Shown: piece after piece, positions 26,302-37,175 of the stretch
How positions within the stretch are numbered: the stretch's first letter is position 1
How the letters are laid out: each line of letters starts with the position of its first letter
Assembly (NCBI GenBank): GCA_030549895.1
Contig: JAUQQM010000001.1
Coordinates: 44,091 to 108,090, forward strand
Origin: Patescibacteria group bacterium
GTDB lineage: Bacteria > Patescibacteriota > Minisyncoccia > UBA6257 > HR35
DNA length: 64,000 nucleotides
Direction: 5' to 3'
Notes under the pieces: model-generated
The model's database searches: none
Seen by the model: only the letters and a program-made list of their open reading frames with translations
What the model was told of the DNA's origin: nothing
Translations under genes and position numbers: made by a program

Positions 26302-27918
26302 ATGCTTCAAAAACTAGCTTTAGTTTTTACCTTTACTTTCCTAGTCACTTTTTTATTTTCTTTATTAAATCAACCAGTAATAAGTAGCTACATTTTAAGT
26401 GGTTTTTTAATTTCTCATCTAGTTAATATCGATCCTATTTTTGAAGAGTTAATAAATTTTTCTACTGAATTAGGCCTCATCCTTCTTCTTTTTCTTGTTG
26501 GCCTTAATTTAAATCTAGATTCTTTAAAAGAAGTGAGTAAAAAATCATTTATTTTAGGAATTTTTCAGGAAATAATTACAACTTTTATTGGTTTTTTATT
26601 TTTAAAAATTTTAGGTTTTTCTAATGTTCTTTCTTTAATTTTGGCTCTTGCTTTTTCTTTTTCTTCAACAATTCTTACAGTGAAAATTTTTTCTGATAAA
26701 AAAGTTTTCGATACTTTGTATGGAAAAATAGCTATAGGTTTTATGATAGTTCAAGATCTTATAGCTGTAATTTTAATTTTAGTCTTACCTTTATTTTTTT
26801 CAAATGATAAAGTTTTTGGCTTGGAAAAATTTTTTATAGGTTTGCTAACTCTTGGTTTAATTTCTTTTTTAGTTTTAAAATTTATTAGGAAAGTAGAAAG
26901 ATTTTTGGAAAAATCTATAGAAATTTTGTTTTTATTTTCTTTATTTTTTGTTTTATTTTTAAGCACCTTATTTTTGAATTTTAATATTCCCATAGAAGTA
27001 AGTGCTTTCATTTCAGGTGTTTTACTTTCAGGTACTTATTTTGCTAAAGAGATCTCATCCAGACTTTCACCTTTAAGGGACTTCTTTTTAATTTTGTTTT
27101 TTGTTTATATCGGCTCTTTATTTAAATTTTCATCTTTTGATTTTATTTTGAAAGGGCTAGTGATTTCTCTTTTTATTTTAATTTTCAATCCTTTAATAAT
27201 TTGGTTTATCTTACTATTTTTAAAGGTTCCCCCACGAGTTAATTTTATAGTTTCTCTTACAGGGGGCCAGATAAGTGAATTTTCTTTTATTTTAGCTAAT
27301 TTAGTTAAAAAATATAACCTCTTAGATGAAAAAATTCTAAGCTTGATTTCTTTTGTAGGTTTTACCACAATTTTTATTTCTTCTTATTTTATTTATTACA
27401 GCGATAAACTTTATGAGAAAATTAGATTGAAATTTGGTTTTTATAGAAAAGAAAGAATCCAAGACGAACGAATAGAAGGAATAGAAGTTATTTTGTTTGG
27501 TTGTGATCGAACAGGTTATTTAGTAAAAGAGTCTCTTAAAGAACTTAACAAAAAATTTTTAGTTATTGATTATAATGTTTCAATTATTGAGAAGCTTCAA
27601 GCTGAAAATATAAAAGCAATTTACGGCGATGCTGGGGATATAGATTTACTTTTAGATATTTTAAAACCATCAGTAAAAGCTATCATCAGTACTATTCCAG
27701 ATGCAAACATTAATGAACTTATATTTAGGATAGCAAAAAGTAAAAATAAAGATATTATAACTATAGTGGCTGCAAAAGATAAAAATGACTTTGAAAAAAT
27801 GCAAAAATTAGGTGTTGATTATGTTTTTTGGCCGCATCTTTTAGGTGGTAAATTTATTTCAGATTTGATAAAAAATTTTGGTTTTGAGGTAGAAAATTAT
27901 CCAAGATTACAAGTTTAG
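26302..27918 (+). CDS. CPA2 cation:proton antiporter with C-terminal TrkA-N (RCK) domain
   Basis: Many TM helices, IVQDL, LRDFF, QISEFSF; GCDRTG...YGDA. Confidence 0.88.
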   Translation: MLQKLALVFTFTFLVTFLFSLLNQPVISSYILSGFLISHLVNIDPIFEELINFSTELGLILLLFLVGLNLNLDSLKEVSKKSFILGIFQEIITTFIGFLFLKILGFSNVLSLILALAFSFSSTILTVKIFSDKKVFDTLYGKIAIGFMIVQDLIAVILILVLPLFFSNDKVFGLEKFFIGLLTLGLISFLVLKFIRKVERFLEKSIEILFLFSLFFVLFLSTLFLNFNIPIEVSAFISGVLLSGTYFAKEISSRLSPLRDFFLILFFVYIGSLFKFSSFDFILKGLVISLFILIFNPLIIWFILLFLKVPPRVNFIVSLTGGQISEFSFILANLVKKYNLLDEKILSLISFVGFTTIFISSYFIYYSDKLYEKIRLKFGFYRKERIQDERIEGIEVILFGCDRTGYLVKESLKELNKKFLVIDYNVSIIEKLQAENIKAIYGDAGDIDLLLDILKPSVKAIISTIPDANINELIFRIAKSKNKDIITIVAAKDKNDFEKMQKLGVDYVFWPHLLGGKFISDLIKNFGFEVENYPRLQV

Positions 27919-28670
27919 TTTTTTAGATAATTTTTTATTTCTCTATAAAAGTAAATTAAATCCTCTGGTTTAAGTTCATGAGCTCTTAAATTTTTAATAT
28001 CTTTTTCAGGAAAACATTTTTTTAGGACCTTTTCTAGATCCTCCTCATTTATAAATTTTTTCAAGTTATTTTTTAATGTTTTTCGAGGAGATTTAAAACA
28101 TATTTTTAGAAATTTTACAATTTTTTCTACATCTTCAGGTAACTCTTTAAATTCAAATTTTATAGCTATTGAATTTAATTTTGGTTTTGGTCTGAAAAGA
28201 TTTTTGTCTATAAAAAGAATCTTTTTTGGTTTTGAAAAAATGTGAATATAATAGGAAAGAAAATTTCCTTTTGGCGATTCTTTTAAGATTTTCTCTCCTA
28301 ATGTCTCTGGAAAAGTAAAGACAGCAATTTCTGGTGGTTTTTTAGGGTTAAAGACTTTTCTTATTATTTTTCCTGCGATTGAATATGGTATATTTCCGAT
28401 TATTTTGTATTTTTGTTTTGGTAAGGGGAATTTTAAAAAATCACCGCAATATATTTTTATATTTTCTTTTTCTTTGAATTTTTCTTTTAAAATTTCTGCT
28501 AAAAGAGGATCTTTTTCGACAACTATTATTTTTCCTTTTAAAAATTGAGTTATCCTTCCCTTACCACCTCCTATTTCAATTACTAAGTCATCACTTTTAA
28601 TTTCTAAAGCTTCTACTAATTTTTTAGCAACCCAATTTTTTGTTAAAAACTTTTGATCCTTTTTTATCAA
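27915..28670 (-). CDS. rsmA: 16S rRNA adenine dimethyltransferase; start likely TTG 28670
   Basis: QKFL, VIEIGGGKG, VEKD, GNIPY, F.PKPK, RKTLKN; ORF-track N-terminus is tRNA sequence. Confidence 0.85.
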   Translation of the reverse strand: MIKKDQKFLTKNWVAKKLVEALEIKSDDLVIEIGGGKGRITQFLKGKIIVVEKDPLLAEILKEKFKEKENIKIYCGDFLKFPLPKQKYKIIGNIPYSIAGKIIRKVFNPKKPPEIAVFTFPETLGEKILKESPKGNFLSYYIHIFSKPKKILFIDKNLFRPKPKLNSIAIKFEFKELPEDVEKIVKFLKICFKSPRKTLKNNLKKFINEEDLEKVLKKCFPEKDIKNLRAHELKPEDLIYFYREIKNYLKN

Positions 28671-28675
28671 AATTG

Positions 28676-28747
28676 CGCCCCCAACCGGAGTCGAACCGGT
28701 GTTTCCGCCTTGAAAGAGCGGTGTCCTAGCCACTAGACGATGGGGGC
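28676..28747 (-). tRNA. tRNA-Glu(TTC)
   Basis: GCCCCCA/TGGGGGC-G; anticodon arm CCGCT-CTTTCAA-GGCGG; TTCGACT loop. Confidence 0.93.
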
Positions 28748-28748
28748 A

Positions 28749-28913
28749 TTAATTTTCATAGTTTACCAAAGGATTTAAATAATAAAAAAAGCTTTTAAAG
28801 TTTTCTTTTTTACCAATTTCATTTCTAAAATAAAAAAGAAAACTTGCTGCCAGATACCCTAAAATAATTCCTATAATAAAAAATACCTTCCAAGTTGTAT
28901 TCCAAACTTTCAT
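28749..28913 (-). CDS. Small single-TM protein, 54 aa (absent from ORF track)
   Basis: MKVWNTTWKVFFIIGIILGYLAASFLFYFRNE...; TATAAT 7 nt upstream; fills the gap exactly. Confidence 0.55.
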   Translation of the reverse strand: MKVWNTTWKVFFIIGIILGYLAASFLFYFRNEIGKKENFKSFFYYLNPLVNYEN

Positions 28914-28921
28914 AAATTTAA

Positions 28922-29251
28922 TTATAACATATTAAGATGTTTAGAGCAAAAAAAGGAAGTGGGATCAACTTCTAGTCTTTCTTTTTCAATAGGTTGGCCA
29001 CATTTTTCACATATTCCATAGCTACCTTCCTCTATTTTTTTAAGAGCAAGATTTATTTTTGAGATTCTTTTTTTGATATTTTCTTCTAATACTTCTTCTG
29101 CTTGAGTGCTTTCAAAAATATCAGCAACTTCATCTTCGCTTAAAACATCAGTAAATTCTACATTTTTATGAAATTCAGCCATCATTTTTTCTAGATCATC
29201 TCTTTCTTTTTCTAATCTTTTTTTAAAATTTATTAAATCCTCTTTTTTCAT
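28922..29251 (-). CDS. DksA/TraR-family zinc-finger protein
   Basis: DEVAD coiled-coil tip; GSYGICEKCG.PI...RL...P....CSKH. Confidence 0.88.
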   Translation of the reverse strand: MKKEDLINFKKRLEKERDDLEKMMAEFHKNVEFTDVLSEDEVADIFESTQAEEVLEENIKKRISKINLALKKIEEGSYGICEKCGQPIEKERLEVDPTSFFCSKHLNML

Positions 29252-30210
29252 TCTAATTTTTTTAATACATTTAATATAAATTCTAACACAGAATCATGCG
29301 GGAAAATAGCCAAGTGATTTTTACCTATTAAAATATTAAAACCATAACCAGGTCTTTCATAAGGGATATTTACAAGATCAAAATTTTCGATTTTTTTAGT
29401 CTCATATTTACCTTTATTCGCCCCACCACTTTCTCCTAAAAATATAAAATCAAGATTATTATTTTTAGGATTTGGTTTTAACCAGTAATCAAGAAAAGTT
29501 CTTACTACACTGTCATTTTTTATTTTCGAAAATATAACAAAATATTCTCTTGTTGGGCTGTAATAAATTCCTAAGTCGTAATCTTGGAAGTTATCTAAAA
29601 ATCCTTTTAAAGAAAGTTGATTTTCAACTTGAGGGTTGAATATTTTCTGAAAAAGATGACCAAGAGAGATTTTTTCTTTAGCAAAAGTAAATTTTATTTT
29701 CTTAAAAGTAAATGGTTCTTCTTTTTTGATTTTCTCTGTAATTAACGCTTCTTTTATTGTTTGATTTGTTATTTCTTGAAGAGCTATTTCAACTTCTTTT
29801 TGACTTGGCACAAGAAAACTTTCTTCAATCTTTTCTGGTTCTTTAGTTTCCTCAGGTAAGCTTGTTTCTACTGGAAGAGTAATTTGTGATGTTGTTGGAG
29901 TTGTTTCTTTTTGAGTTTGTTTTTGTTGGACTGGCTGAGATACTTCAATTTTTGGTTTTGATTTTAAAGAAAGAAAAATACCTCCCAAAATCAAAACTAT
30001 TCCTAAAATTGGTCCTATTATAATTAAAGGACTTATCTTTTTTTCTTTTTCTATAACCTCTTCTTTTTCTTTAGGTTTTTCTTTTTCTTCTTTCTCTAAA
30101 ATTAAGCTTATCTGACTTAGAGAAAACTCTGGGATTTTTTCAATATCTTGTTTTCCTAAAGCTTCTAAGTCTTTTTTTAATGTTTCAATTTTTACATTTA
30201 TTTTCACCAT
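29248..30210 (-). CDS. Hypothetical single-TM protein with Q/T/P/E-rich linker
   Basis: Long ORF with one TM; start placed at ATG 30210 after the pnp stop. Confidence 0.7.
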   Translation of the reverse strand: MVKINVKIETLKKDLEALGKQDIEKIPEFSLSQISLILEKEEKEKPKEKEEVIEKEKKISPLIIIGPILGIVLILGGIFLSLKSKPKIEVSQPVQQKQTQKETTPTTSQITLPVETSLPEETKEPEKIEESFLVPSQKEVEIALQEITNQTIKEALITEKIKKEEPFTFKKIKFTFAKEKISLGHLFQKIFNPQVENQLSLKGFLDNFQDYDLGIYYSPTREYFVIFSKIKNDSVVRTFLDYWLKPNPKNNNLDFIFLGESGGANKGKYETKKIENFDLVNIPYERPGYGFNILIGKNHLAIFPHDSVLEFILNVLKKLE

Positions 30211-30211
30211 C

Positions 30212-32305
30212 TTAGACAAGAACAAGACTTAGCCTTCCTAGTTTGTCTTTTTCTTTAATTTTAACAGAAATTTTCTGCCCTAATTGAAGACCAAAATTCT
30301 TTTTGTTTTTCATCTCATTTTCCATATTTGAAATATGTAAAAGAGCATTAATTCCTCCCTCAAGTTCTACTAAAACACCAAAATCAAAGAATTTTATAAC
30401 TGTTCCTTGAGTAACATCACCAACATTGTATTCTCTAGGGGCAATAATTTTTTTAACCTTTTCCATTGCTTTTTGGAGATTTTCTTCATTTTCACAGATA
30501 ACATAAACATAGTTTTCTTCTGTGTCAATAAAAATTTCTGAATTAGTTTCTTGAGCTATTTGGTTGATAGTTCGACCGCCAGTTCCAATTAAAAGACCAA
30601 TTTTTTCTGGATCAATTTTAATTCTTTGAATTTTTGGAGCATGTTCAGATATTTTATTTGGCATGGATTTTACTGAATTCATTTTCTCTAAAATTTCTAA
30701 TCTTGCTTTTTTAGCTTTTTCTAAAGCATCTTTTAAAATTTCTAAAGTGATTCCTTTTATTTTTACATCCATTTGAAGAGCTGTAATTCCAGCATTAGTT
30801 CCAGCAACTTTAAAATCCATATCTCCATAATGATCTTCTATACCTTGAATATCAACTAGAGTAAGCCAATTATTTTTATTTTCTATATTTCCTTTACTTA
30901 TAAGCCCTATTGAAATTCCAGCAACATTTCTTTTTAAAGGTACACCAGCATCAAGTAAAGCTAACGAAGAAGCACAAACTGAAGCCATGGAGGTTGAACC
31001 ATTTGAAGAAAGTACTTCTGAGACAACCCTAATAGCATAAGGAAATGTTTCTAAATCTGGTACTAGAGGAAGAAGAGCTTTTTCGACAAGAGCGCTATGA
31101 CCTATTTCTCTTCTCATTGGTCCTTTTATTGAACCAACCTCTCCAGTACAGTAAGGAGGAAAATTATAGTGATGCATAAATCTTTTCCCACCGATAAATT
31201 CTATCTCTTTAACTAAAAGTTCTTGCTGAATTGAATCTAAAGTAACAAAAGACATAACTTTTGTAAGACCCCTTCCAAAATAAGCAGAACCATGAACACG
31301 TGGAATTACAGAAGTTTCAACTTCTATATTTCTTATTTGATTTAAATCCCTTCCATCAGGCCTTTTGCCTTTACTAAAAATATAATTTACAAATTCTTCT
31401 TTAATTTTTTCTTTAAATAAAAAATCAGCTAATGATTTTTCTTCTTCGCTTAATTCTTGGGCAAAACTTTTATCTAACTCATATTCACCTGGACTTTCTT
31501 TACCAAAATCTTTTTCTATTATTTTTAATGATCTGTTTACTATATCTTCTATTTTAAGAGGCACAGAAAAATTAAAAGAAATTTGCTGTTTTTTATTTAA
31601 GAATTCATATTCTGGTTTTGATTTTAGATCTTCTATTATCTCATTTTGAAAATCTATTAATTTTTTAATATTTTCATTAGCAATTTGGAAAGAGTCTATC
31701 AGATAACTTTCATCTATTTCTTTTGCTTTTAATTCAATCATATCTACTAAATTTCCATCACCAGCAAAGATAATTTCACCATCTAAACTGCTAGAAATAT
31801 CAAAAGATGGCTCAACTATTTTTTCTCCTTGTAAAATTCCAATTCTCACTCCCGCTAGAGGTCCGTCGAATGGTAAAGGTGAAAGGCAAAGAGCTAAGGA
31901 AGCCCCAAAAAGACCAAGTAAATCTGGATCATTTTTATAATCAAAGGAAAAGACAGTTACTGTTATGTGAGTTGGCCAGAAAAAGAATTTATCAAATCTT
32001 GGCCTTAAGCTTCTGTCAATCAATCTTGCATTTAAAATAGCACTTTCCGATGGCCTGCCTTCACGTCTTAAGAATTTACTTCCAAGAATTTTGCCAATGG
32101 AATAAAATTTTTCCTCATAATCAACTGTAAGGGGTAAAAAGCCTAAAAATTTATTTTCTTTTTTAACATTTAAAGTAACAAGAACAGTAGTATTTTCCTG
32201 CTGAATCCAAACAGAAGAAAGGGATCTTGCTACAAGAGGATTTATATAGACTTTAAGAGTTTTTCCATTAAAATTTAAATTGTAACTTTTACCTAAAATA
32301 CTCAT
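30212..32305 (-). CDS. pnp: Polyribonucleotide nucleotidyltransferase
   Basis: FLPLTVDYEE, RREIGH, SNGSTSMASVC, GDMDFKVAG; KH and S1 domains. Confidence 0.96.
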   Translation of the reverse strand: MSILGKSYNLNFNGKTLKVYINPLVARSLSSVWIQQENTTVLVTLNVKKENKFLGFLPLTVDYEEKFYSIGKILGSKFLRREGRPSESAILNARLIDRSLRPRFDKFFFWPTHITVTVFSFDYKNDPDLLGLFGASLALCLSPLPFDGPLAGVRIGILQGEKIVEPSFDISSSLDGEIIFAGDGNLVDMIELKAKEIDESYLIDSFQIANENIKKLIDFQNEIIEDLKSKPEYEFLNKKQQISFNFSVPLKIEDIVNRSLKIIEKDFGKESPGEYELDKSFAQELSEEEKSLADFLFKEKIKEEFVNYIFSKGKRPDGRDLNQIRNIEVETSVIPRVHGSAYFGRGLTKVMSFVTLDSIQQELLVKEIEFIGGKRFMHHYNFPPYCTGEVGSIKGPMRREIGHSALVEKALLPLVPDLETFPYAIRVVSEVLSSNGSTSMASVCASSLALLDAGVPLKRNVAGISIGLISKGNIENKNNWLTLVDIQGIEDHYGDMDFKVAGTNAGITALQMDVKIKGITLEILKDALEKAKKARLEILEKMNSVKSMPNKISEHAPKIQRIKIDPEKIGLLIGTGGRTINQIAQETNSEIFIDTEENYVYVICENEENLQKAMEKVKKIIAPREYNVGDVTQGTVIKFFDFGVLVELEGGINALLHISNMENEMKNKKNFGLQLGQKISVKIKEKDKLGRLSLVLV

Positions 32306-32355
32306 AGAATAATTATAAAGTAATCTTAAAAGTTAAAATTTTTAGATCATTTAAA

Positions 32356-32922
32356 TTACTTTATTACTTTTGGCAAAACTATTCCTTTTTGATTCTGATA
32401 TTTTCCTTTTCTATCTGCGTAAGAAACTTGACAAGGTTCATCAGCTTCCAAAAATATAACCTGAGCTATTCCTTCGTTAGCATAAATTTTTGCTGGCAAG
32501 GGAGTAGTGTTAGAAATTTCAATAGTCACATGTCCAGCCCATTCACTTTCTAAAGGTGTAACATTGACGATTATTCCACAACGAGCATAAGTTGATTTTC
32601 CAACAACAAGAGCAAGGATATTTCTTGGAATTCGGAAATACTCAACAGATCTTCCTAAAACAAAAGAATTAGGTGGGATAACACAAACTTTTCCTTTATG
32701 TTTAATGAAATAAGTCTCTTTGGCATTTTTAGGATCAATAATTTCAGTTGGATAAGCATTGTGAAAAATATAAAATTCATCAGCAATTCTCATATCATAA
32801 CCATAACTTGAAAGGCCATAAGAAATTTTGCCTTTACTTATAAGTTTTTCAACGAAAGGCTCGATCATTTTGTGCTTTTTTGCCATATATTTTATCCACT
32901 TGTCATTTTTTATCCCAGCCAT
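32356..32922 (-). CDS. dcd: dCTP deaminase
   Basis: [33 protein letters not shown]. Confidence 0.95.
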   Translation of the reverse strand: MAGIKNDKWIKYMAKKHKMIEPFVEKLISKGKISYGLSSYGYDMRIADEFYIFHNAYPTEIIDPKNAKETYFIKHKGKVCVIPPNSFVLGRSVEYFRIPRNILALVVGKSTYARCGIIVNVTPLESEWAGHVTIEISNTTPLPAKIYANEGIAQVIFLEADEPCQVSYADRKGKYQNQKGIVLPKVIK

Positions 32923-32942
32923 TTTAGAAATAATTATAGCAT

Positions 32943-34220
32943 TTATTTTATAATTTCAATGACTCCGTTTACTGGTTTTTTAGAACTGACTACCAAAATT
33001 ATTTTTGTTTTTTCGATAGAGGGCAGAAAATCTTTTCCAATAATTTCTTTGTCATCCAACCAATACAGCTTTAAATCAACAAATGTGTTTTTATTCCAAA
33101 AATATCTTATTTGTTTTTCAGGAAAAATAAAAATCATACCATCATAATCCAGAGGTTTTTTGACAAACATCAAGCCTTTTTCCCATTCTTGAGGATTTTT
33201 AGCTATCCTTAATTTGTAAACATTTCCTTCTATCTCAGAAATCATTAATTTGTCACTTATTTTTTCTATTTGAAATTTTTCATTTAAATATAGCCAACGA
33301 AAATAAATCTCTTTAATTCTTTTATCTTCAATTTCAAGTTCAACAAGTCCTCCTTTTGTAGTTTGTTCTGAGAAATCTTGATCGAAAGTAAAATTTCCTA
33401 AGGAATAAAAAATTAATTTTTCTTTATATTTTTCTATTTTTTGAACAACATGAGGATGATGACCTACAACAAGATCAGCTCCAAGATCTATAGCTTTATG
33501 GGCAAAGTATTTTTGATTTTCAGTTGGTTCAATCTCATATTCATTCCCCCAGTGAAAGACTACTATTAAAATATCAACAATTCTTTTCGCTTCTTTTATT
33601 TTTCTTTCAAAAATCTCTTCTTCTAAAAAAGCAATTCCTGGGGAGTTTTTTGCTTTAAGATGTTCTAAAAATTGGCTAAAACCTAGGATTCCAATTTTAT
33701 TTCCATATTTTTCTAAAATTAAAGGCGCATATGCGCTAATTTCGTCTTGGCCAACTCCGAAAAAGAAAAATTCATTTTCTTTTAAAATTTTTAAAGTATC
33801 ATCAAATGCTTCTTTACCATAATCAAAAATGTGATTATTAGCTAGATTAAAAACTTTTAAATTAGCATTTTTTAAAGCTTCAATTATTTCTGGCTCCATT
33901 CTAAAAGAATATTTACTTCCTATTTTAGTTCCTCTATTTGAAACTGGCCCCTCTAAATTTAAAACAACATAATCAAAATTATTAAAGTAATTTAGATATT
34001 TTTCAAAAAGTTTAAGATAATTACCCTCAAAGTTTTCTTTAACACTCTTTTTAACACGGCGATCCATCATTAAATCCCCGCCAAAAAGAATTTTAATTTT
34101 TTTATTTTCTTGAAAGGTTAAAGAACTATTTTTAGAGATATTTTTTTGAGGGTTACTTTTTGATAAAAATATTAAACTTATAAAGAAAACTACTAAAATT
34201 ATAAAAATAATTTTCTTCAT
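32943..34220 (-). CDS. CapA/PgsA-family metallophosphoesterase fused to C-terminal DUF192
   Basis: GDLM, NLEG, LANNH..DYG, HWG.EY, GHHPHV, YSLGNF; tail with EKGLMF..GMIFIF..FWNKNT. Confidence 0.85.
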   Translation of the reverse strand: MKKIIFIILVVFFISLIFLSKSNPQKNISKNSSLTFQENKKIKILFGGDLMMDRRVKKSVKENFEGNYLKLFEKYLNYFNNFDYVVLNLEGPVSNRGTKIGSKYSFRMEPEIIEALKNANLKVFNLANNHIFDYGKEAFDDTLKILKENEFFFFGVGQDEISAYAPLILEKYGNKIGILGFSQFLEHLKAKNSPGIAFLEEEIFERKIKEAKRIVDILIVVFHWGNEYEIEPTENQKYFAHKAIDLGADLVVGHHPHVVQKIEKYKEKLIFYSLGNFTFDQDFSEQTTKGGLVELEIEDKRIKEIYFRWLYLNEKFQIEKISDKLMISEIEGNVYKLRIAKNPQEWEKGLMFVKKPLDYDGMIFIFPEKQIRYFWNKNTFVDLKLYWLDDKEIIGKDFLPSIEKTKIILVVSSKKPVNGVIEIIK

Positions 34221-34233
34221 AAAAATTTTAGAG

Positions 34234-34746
34234 TTATTTTGCTAATTTCTCACAATAATGTTTTAGCTCATCAAATAAATTTTTTAGAGGCTCTTTAAAT
34301 TTTTCTTCATCAAAGTCACTTACATTAGAAAAATAAACTGCATTCTTCAAAGGCATCATTGAAAACTCAAGACAGACAAGTCTTAATTGTTCAACCATTC
34401 TTGCTCCACCAATCATTCCTATACTTACTCCACAAATTCCAACTGGTTTTTCTTTATATTCTTCATAAAAGTTATCTAGAAGAAGTTTTAATTCTCCTGG
34501 AAAAGAATGGTTATATTCAGGGGAGACAATAATAAAACCATTTGCTTTTTGAAAAATTTCAGAAAGCTTGTTTCTTTTTTCTTCTTCCATCTCACCAGTA
34601 AAAGGACTATCTAACCAATCTCTTGGATTTATTAGTTGAGAATCAAATCCATAACTTTGAGCCTCTTTTAAAACAAAATTAGCAACTTTTAAAGAATTAC
34701 TACCCTTTCTACCCGTTCCTAAAATTATTGGAATGAATGATTTCAT
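34234..34746 (-). CDS. NADPH-dependent FMN reductase
   Basis: GTGR, SPEYNHSFPGELK, GGARMVEQLR. Confidence 0.88.
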   Translation of the reverse strand: MKSFIPIILGTGRKGSNSLKVANFVLKEAQSYGFDSQLINPRDWLDSPFTGEMEEEKRNKLSEIFQKANGFIIVSPEYNHSFPGELKLLLDNFYEEYKEKPVGICGVSIGMIGGARMVEQLRLVCLEFSMMPLKNAVYFSNVSDFDEEKFKEPLKNLFDELKHYCEKLAK

Positions 34747-34753
34747 AATTTAA

Positions 34754-35632
34754 TTATATCTTAAAAGTCTTTAAGAATTTTTTGAATTCATTTTTTAATT
34801 CTTTGTTTTTAAGAGCAAAATTTGCTATCGCTTTTAAATATCCTATTTTACTTCCACAATCGTAGCGAATGCCTTTAAATTTAAGACCATATACTGGTTT
34901 TATCTTTAAAAGTTCATTTAAAGCCTCACTAAGTGTAATTTCTTTTCCTTTTTTTGGTTTTAGTTTTTTTAAGATCTCGAAAATATCTGGTTCTAAAATG
35001 AATCTTCCAACAATAGCCAAATTTGAAGGAGCATCTTTAGCTTTTGGTTTTTCGAAAATCCTTTTAATTTTTAAAATATTTTTTTCAACTAAGACTCCTT
35101 CAATGATTCCATATTTTTCTACATCTTTTTTATTTACTTTTTCTAAAGCAATAACAGGACTTTTATACTTTTTAAAAATATTTATCATTTGCTCTAGACA
35201 AGGCATTCGGCTGTCAATAACATCGTCAGCAAAAAGGACAGCAAAGGGTTCGTTTTTTATTAAATGACTAGCACAAAGCAGAGCATGCCCACTTCCTAAA
35301 GGTTCTTTTTGTCTTACATAAGCAAAATTAGCTAATTTTGAGATAGCTCTTATTTCTTTTAAAAGGCGGTAATTTTTGTTTGAAATTAGTTTCAATTCAA
35401 TCTCGGGTGCATAATCAAAATAATCTTCAATTGCTCTTTTATTTCTTCCAGTGACAAAAATTATATTTTCAATTCCAGAATTTACTGCCTCTTCAACAAC
35501 ATACTGAATGACTGGTTTATCAATTAGAGGTAACATTTCTTTTGGTTGAGCTTTAGTTACTGGTAAAAATCTTGTTCCTAAGCCAGCTACAGGAATGATA
35601 GCAGTTTTAATAGTTTTGGTCATTTTTTGCAT
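34754..35632 (-). CDS. galU: UTP--glucose-1-phosphate uridylyltransferase
   Basis: [40 protein letters not shown]. Confidence 0.93.
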   Translation of the reverse strand: MQKMTKTIKTAIIPVAGLGTRFLPVTKAQPKEMLPLIDKPVIQYVVEEAVNSGIENIIFVTGRNKRAIEDYFDYAPEIELKLISNKNYRLLKEIRAISKLANFAYVRQKEPLGSGHALLCASHLIKNEPFAVLFADDVIDSRMPCLEQMINIFKKYKSPVIALEKVNKKDVEKYGIIEGVLVEKNILKIKRIFEKPKAKDAPSNLAIVGRFILEPDIFEILKKLKPKKGKEITLSEALNELLKIKPVYGLKFKGIRYDCGSKIGYLKAIANFALKNKELKNEFKKFLKTFKI

Positions 35633-35886
35633 TCTCCTTTATATTTGATTTTAACTCCAGCTGCTTTGGCCATGCATTCATTAGAATAAGTTTTGTTGTT
35701 TGTGCCGCAAACAGGATTCCATTCTTGAGTACAAAAAATTGGCCTAGATTTTTTGTGTTCTTTAGGTTTTTTTAAAAAATAAAAGATATTTTTTAAATTG
35801 CTCTCTGGTTTTTTTGAATTTTGTTTTGTTTGAGCAAAAATATTAAAAGTTAGCGAGAAAATAATTAAAATAACAAAAACTTTCAT
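35620..35886 (-). CDS. Secreted Kazal-type serine protease inhibitor domain protein
   Basis: Signal peptide; [20 protein letters not shown]...GEC. Confidence 0.85.
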   Translation of the reverse strand: MKVFVILIIFSLTFNIFAQTKQNSKKPESNLKNIFYFLKKPKEHKKSRPIFCTQEWNPVCGTNNKTYSNECMAKAAGVKIKYKGECKK

Positions 35887-35926
35887 TTTAAAGTTAATTT
35901 TAACATATTTCGTTTAAAATTAATTT

Positions 35927-36625
35927 ATGAAGGAATTTAAAAAATTTGGAAAGGGTGAAAGAACTTTTGAGGACTATTTAAACTCACTAGCACAGACTTA
36001 TTTTCCTGGTAATCGAGAAAAAGATAAAAGAGCAAGGGAGTTATTTAAAAAAGAAATTCTCGGTTTAATTACCGACGAAGAAAAAAAGGAATTAGAAAGT
36101 TATTTTCAAGATCAAGAGAGAGAATTTTATAAACTTTTTGATCTTTCTTTAAAAAATCCTGAAAAATTTGTCTTAGTGAATATAAGCGAAGGAAAAATGA
36201 TTGAGGCTTCTGAAGAAGATGAAAAAACAATTTGGACATATGGGCTTGGTGGTTGTTATTCTTGTTTAATATTTGCTAAAAAAGAAAATAATAGTTTTTG
36301 TATTTTAACTCATTACCCACAAAGCGAAACAGAAGAACATTTAAAGCAAATAGAAAGATTAATTAAAGGGAAACCAGAGATAATCACTGCCGAAAGAAAA
36401 CTTACTTTAATTTTTAGTCCTTTACTAGCAGTCACCGGACCAATTAGTTTTCCTAAAAAATTAGAAATGATTTCTAATCATATAAAAAATTTATTTGGCG
36501 GAAGTGTGATTGAAAAATTTTATCCAATTGAACCTCTTGAGTGGGAAAACTATGGCCTTTTAATTGCTAAAATAGGTAAAGGATTAAGTTATAAAACTTG
36601 GTTTGAAGAAGAAAGTTTTGAATGA
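35927..36625 (+). CDS. Hypothetical protein with CheD/CNF1/YfiH-like Cys-His motif
   Basis: IWTYGLGGCYSCLIF...ILTHYP. Confidence 0.55.
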   Translation: MKEFKKFGKGERTFEDYLNSLAQTYFPGNREKDKRARELFKKEILGLITDEEKKELESYFQDQEREFYKLFDLSLKNPEKFVLVNISEGKMIEASEEDEKTIWTYGLGGCYSCLIFAKKENNSFCILTHYPQSETEEHLKQIERLIKGKPEIITAERKLTLIFSPLLAVTGPISFPKKLEMISNHIKNLFGGSVIEKFYPIEPLEWENYGLLIAKIGKGLSYKTWFEEESFE

Positions 36626-36692
36626 GATTTTAAAGTTTGGAATTAAAAAGTGAAAAGACAATTTTGAATAAAAGTTTTTATGATAAAATTTT

Positions 36693-36761
36693 ATGATGAA
36701 AAAAATAGGCATTATCGGTCTAGGAATAGTTGGTAAAACCCAAGATGTTAAGATTAATTAA
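36693..36761 (+). pseudogene. N-terminal remnant of a nucleotide-sugar dehydrogenase
   Basis: MMKKIGIIGLGIVGK (Rossmann GxGxxG), stop after 22 aa. Confidence 0.55.
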
Positions 36762-37155
36762 AAAATCAATTTTTGTTCTTAAGAATTATGGTTTGAAAGT
36801 TTTTTTGATTAAAGCTATAAAGTGGCCAATTAATAGAATAAATCTTCTTTTAAGAAAAGACTCTCATAACCAGGAAACCTTGGAAGAAGTTAAAAATATT
36901 TTAAGCGGTAATCAATTAGATTTTCTTTTTATTGATGGTGATCATACTTATGAAGGAGTTAAAAAAGATTTTGAAATGTATAGTCCTTTAGTTAGAAAAG
37001 GAGGAATCATTGCGTTTCATGATATTATAAATAAAGATCCCTTAAGGAAAGATATTGAAGTGCCTAAATTTTGGTCAGTACTTAAAAATCGCTACAGAAT
37101 TAACGAGATAATTTTTGATAAGTTTAATTATGGTATAGGTTTAATATTTTTATAA
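36745..37155 (+). pseudogene. Class I SAM methyltransferase fragment (Methyltransf_24-like), SAM motif I missing
   Basis: DSH, LDFLFIDGDHTYEGVKKDF, GGIIAFHD present; no EIG motif. Confidence 0.6.
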
Positions 37156-37175
37156 GCTTAAATAATAATTTTAAG

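Noticed and set aside
32943-34220. Poly-gamma-glutamate capsule locus
   Set aside because: No capB/capC; stand-alone CapA-family genes are common.
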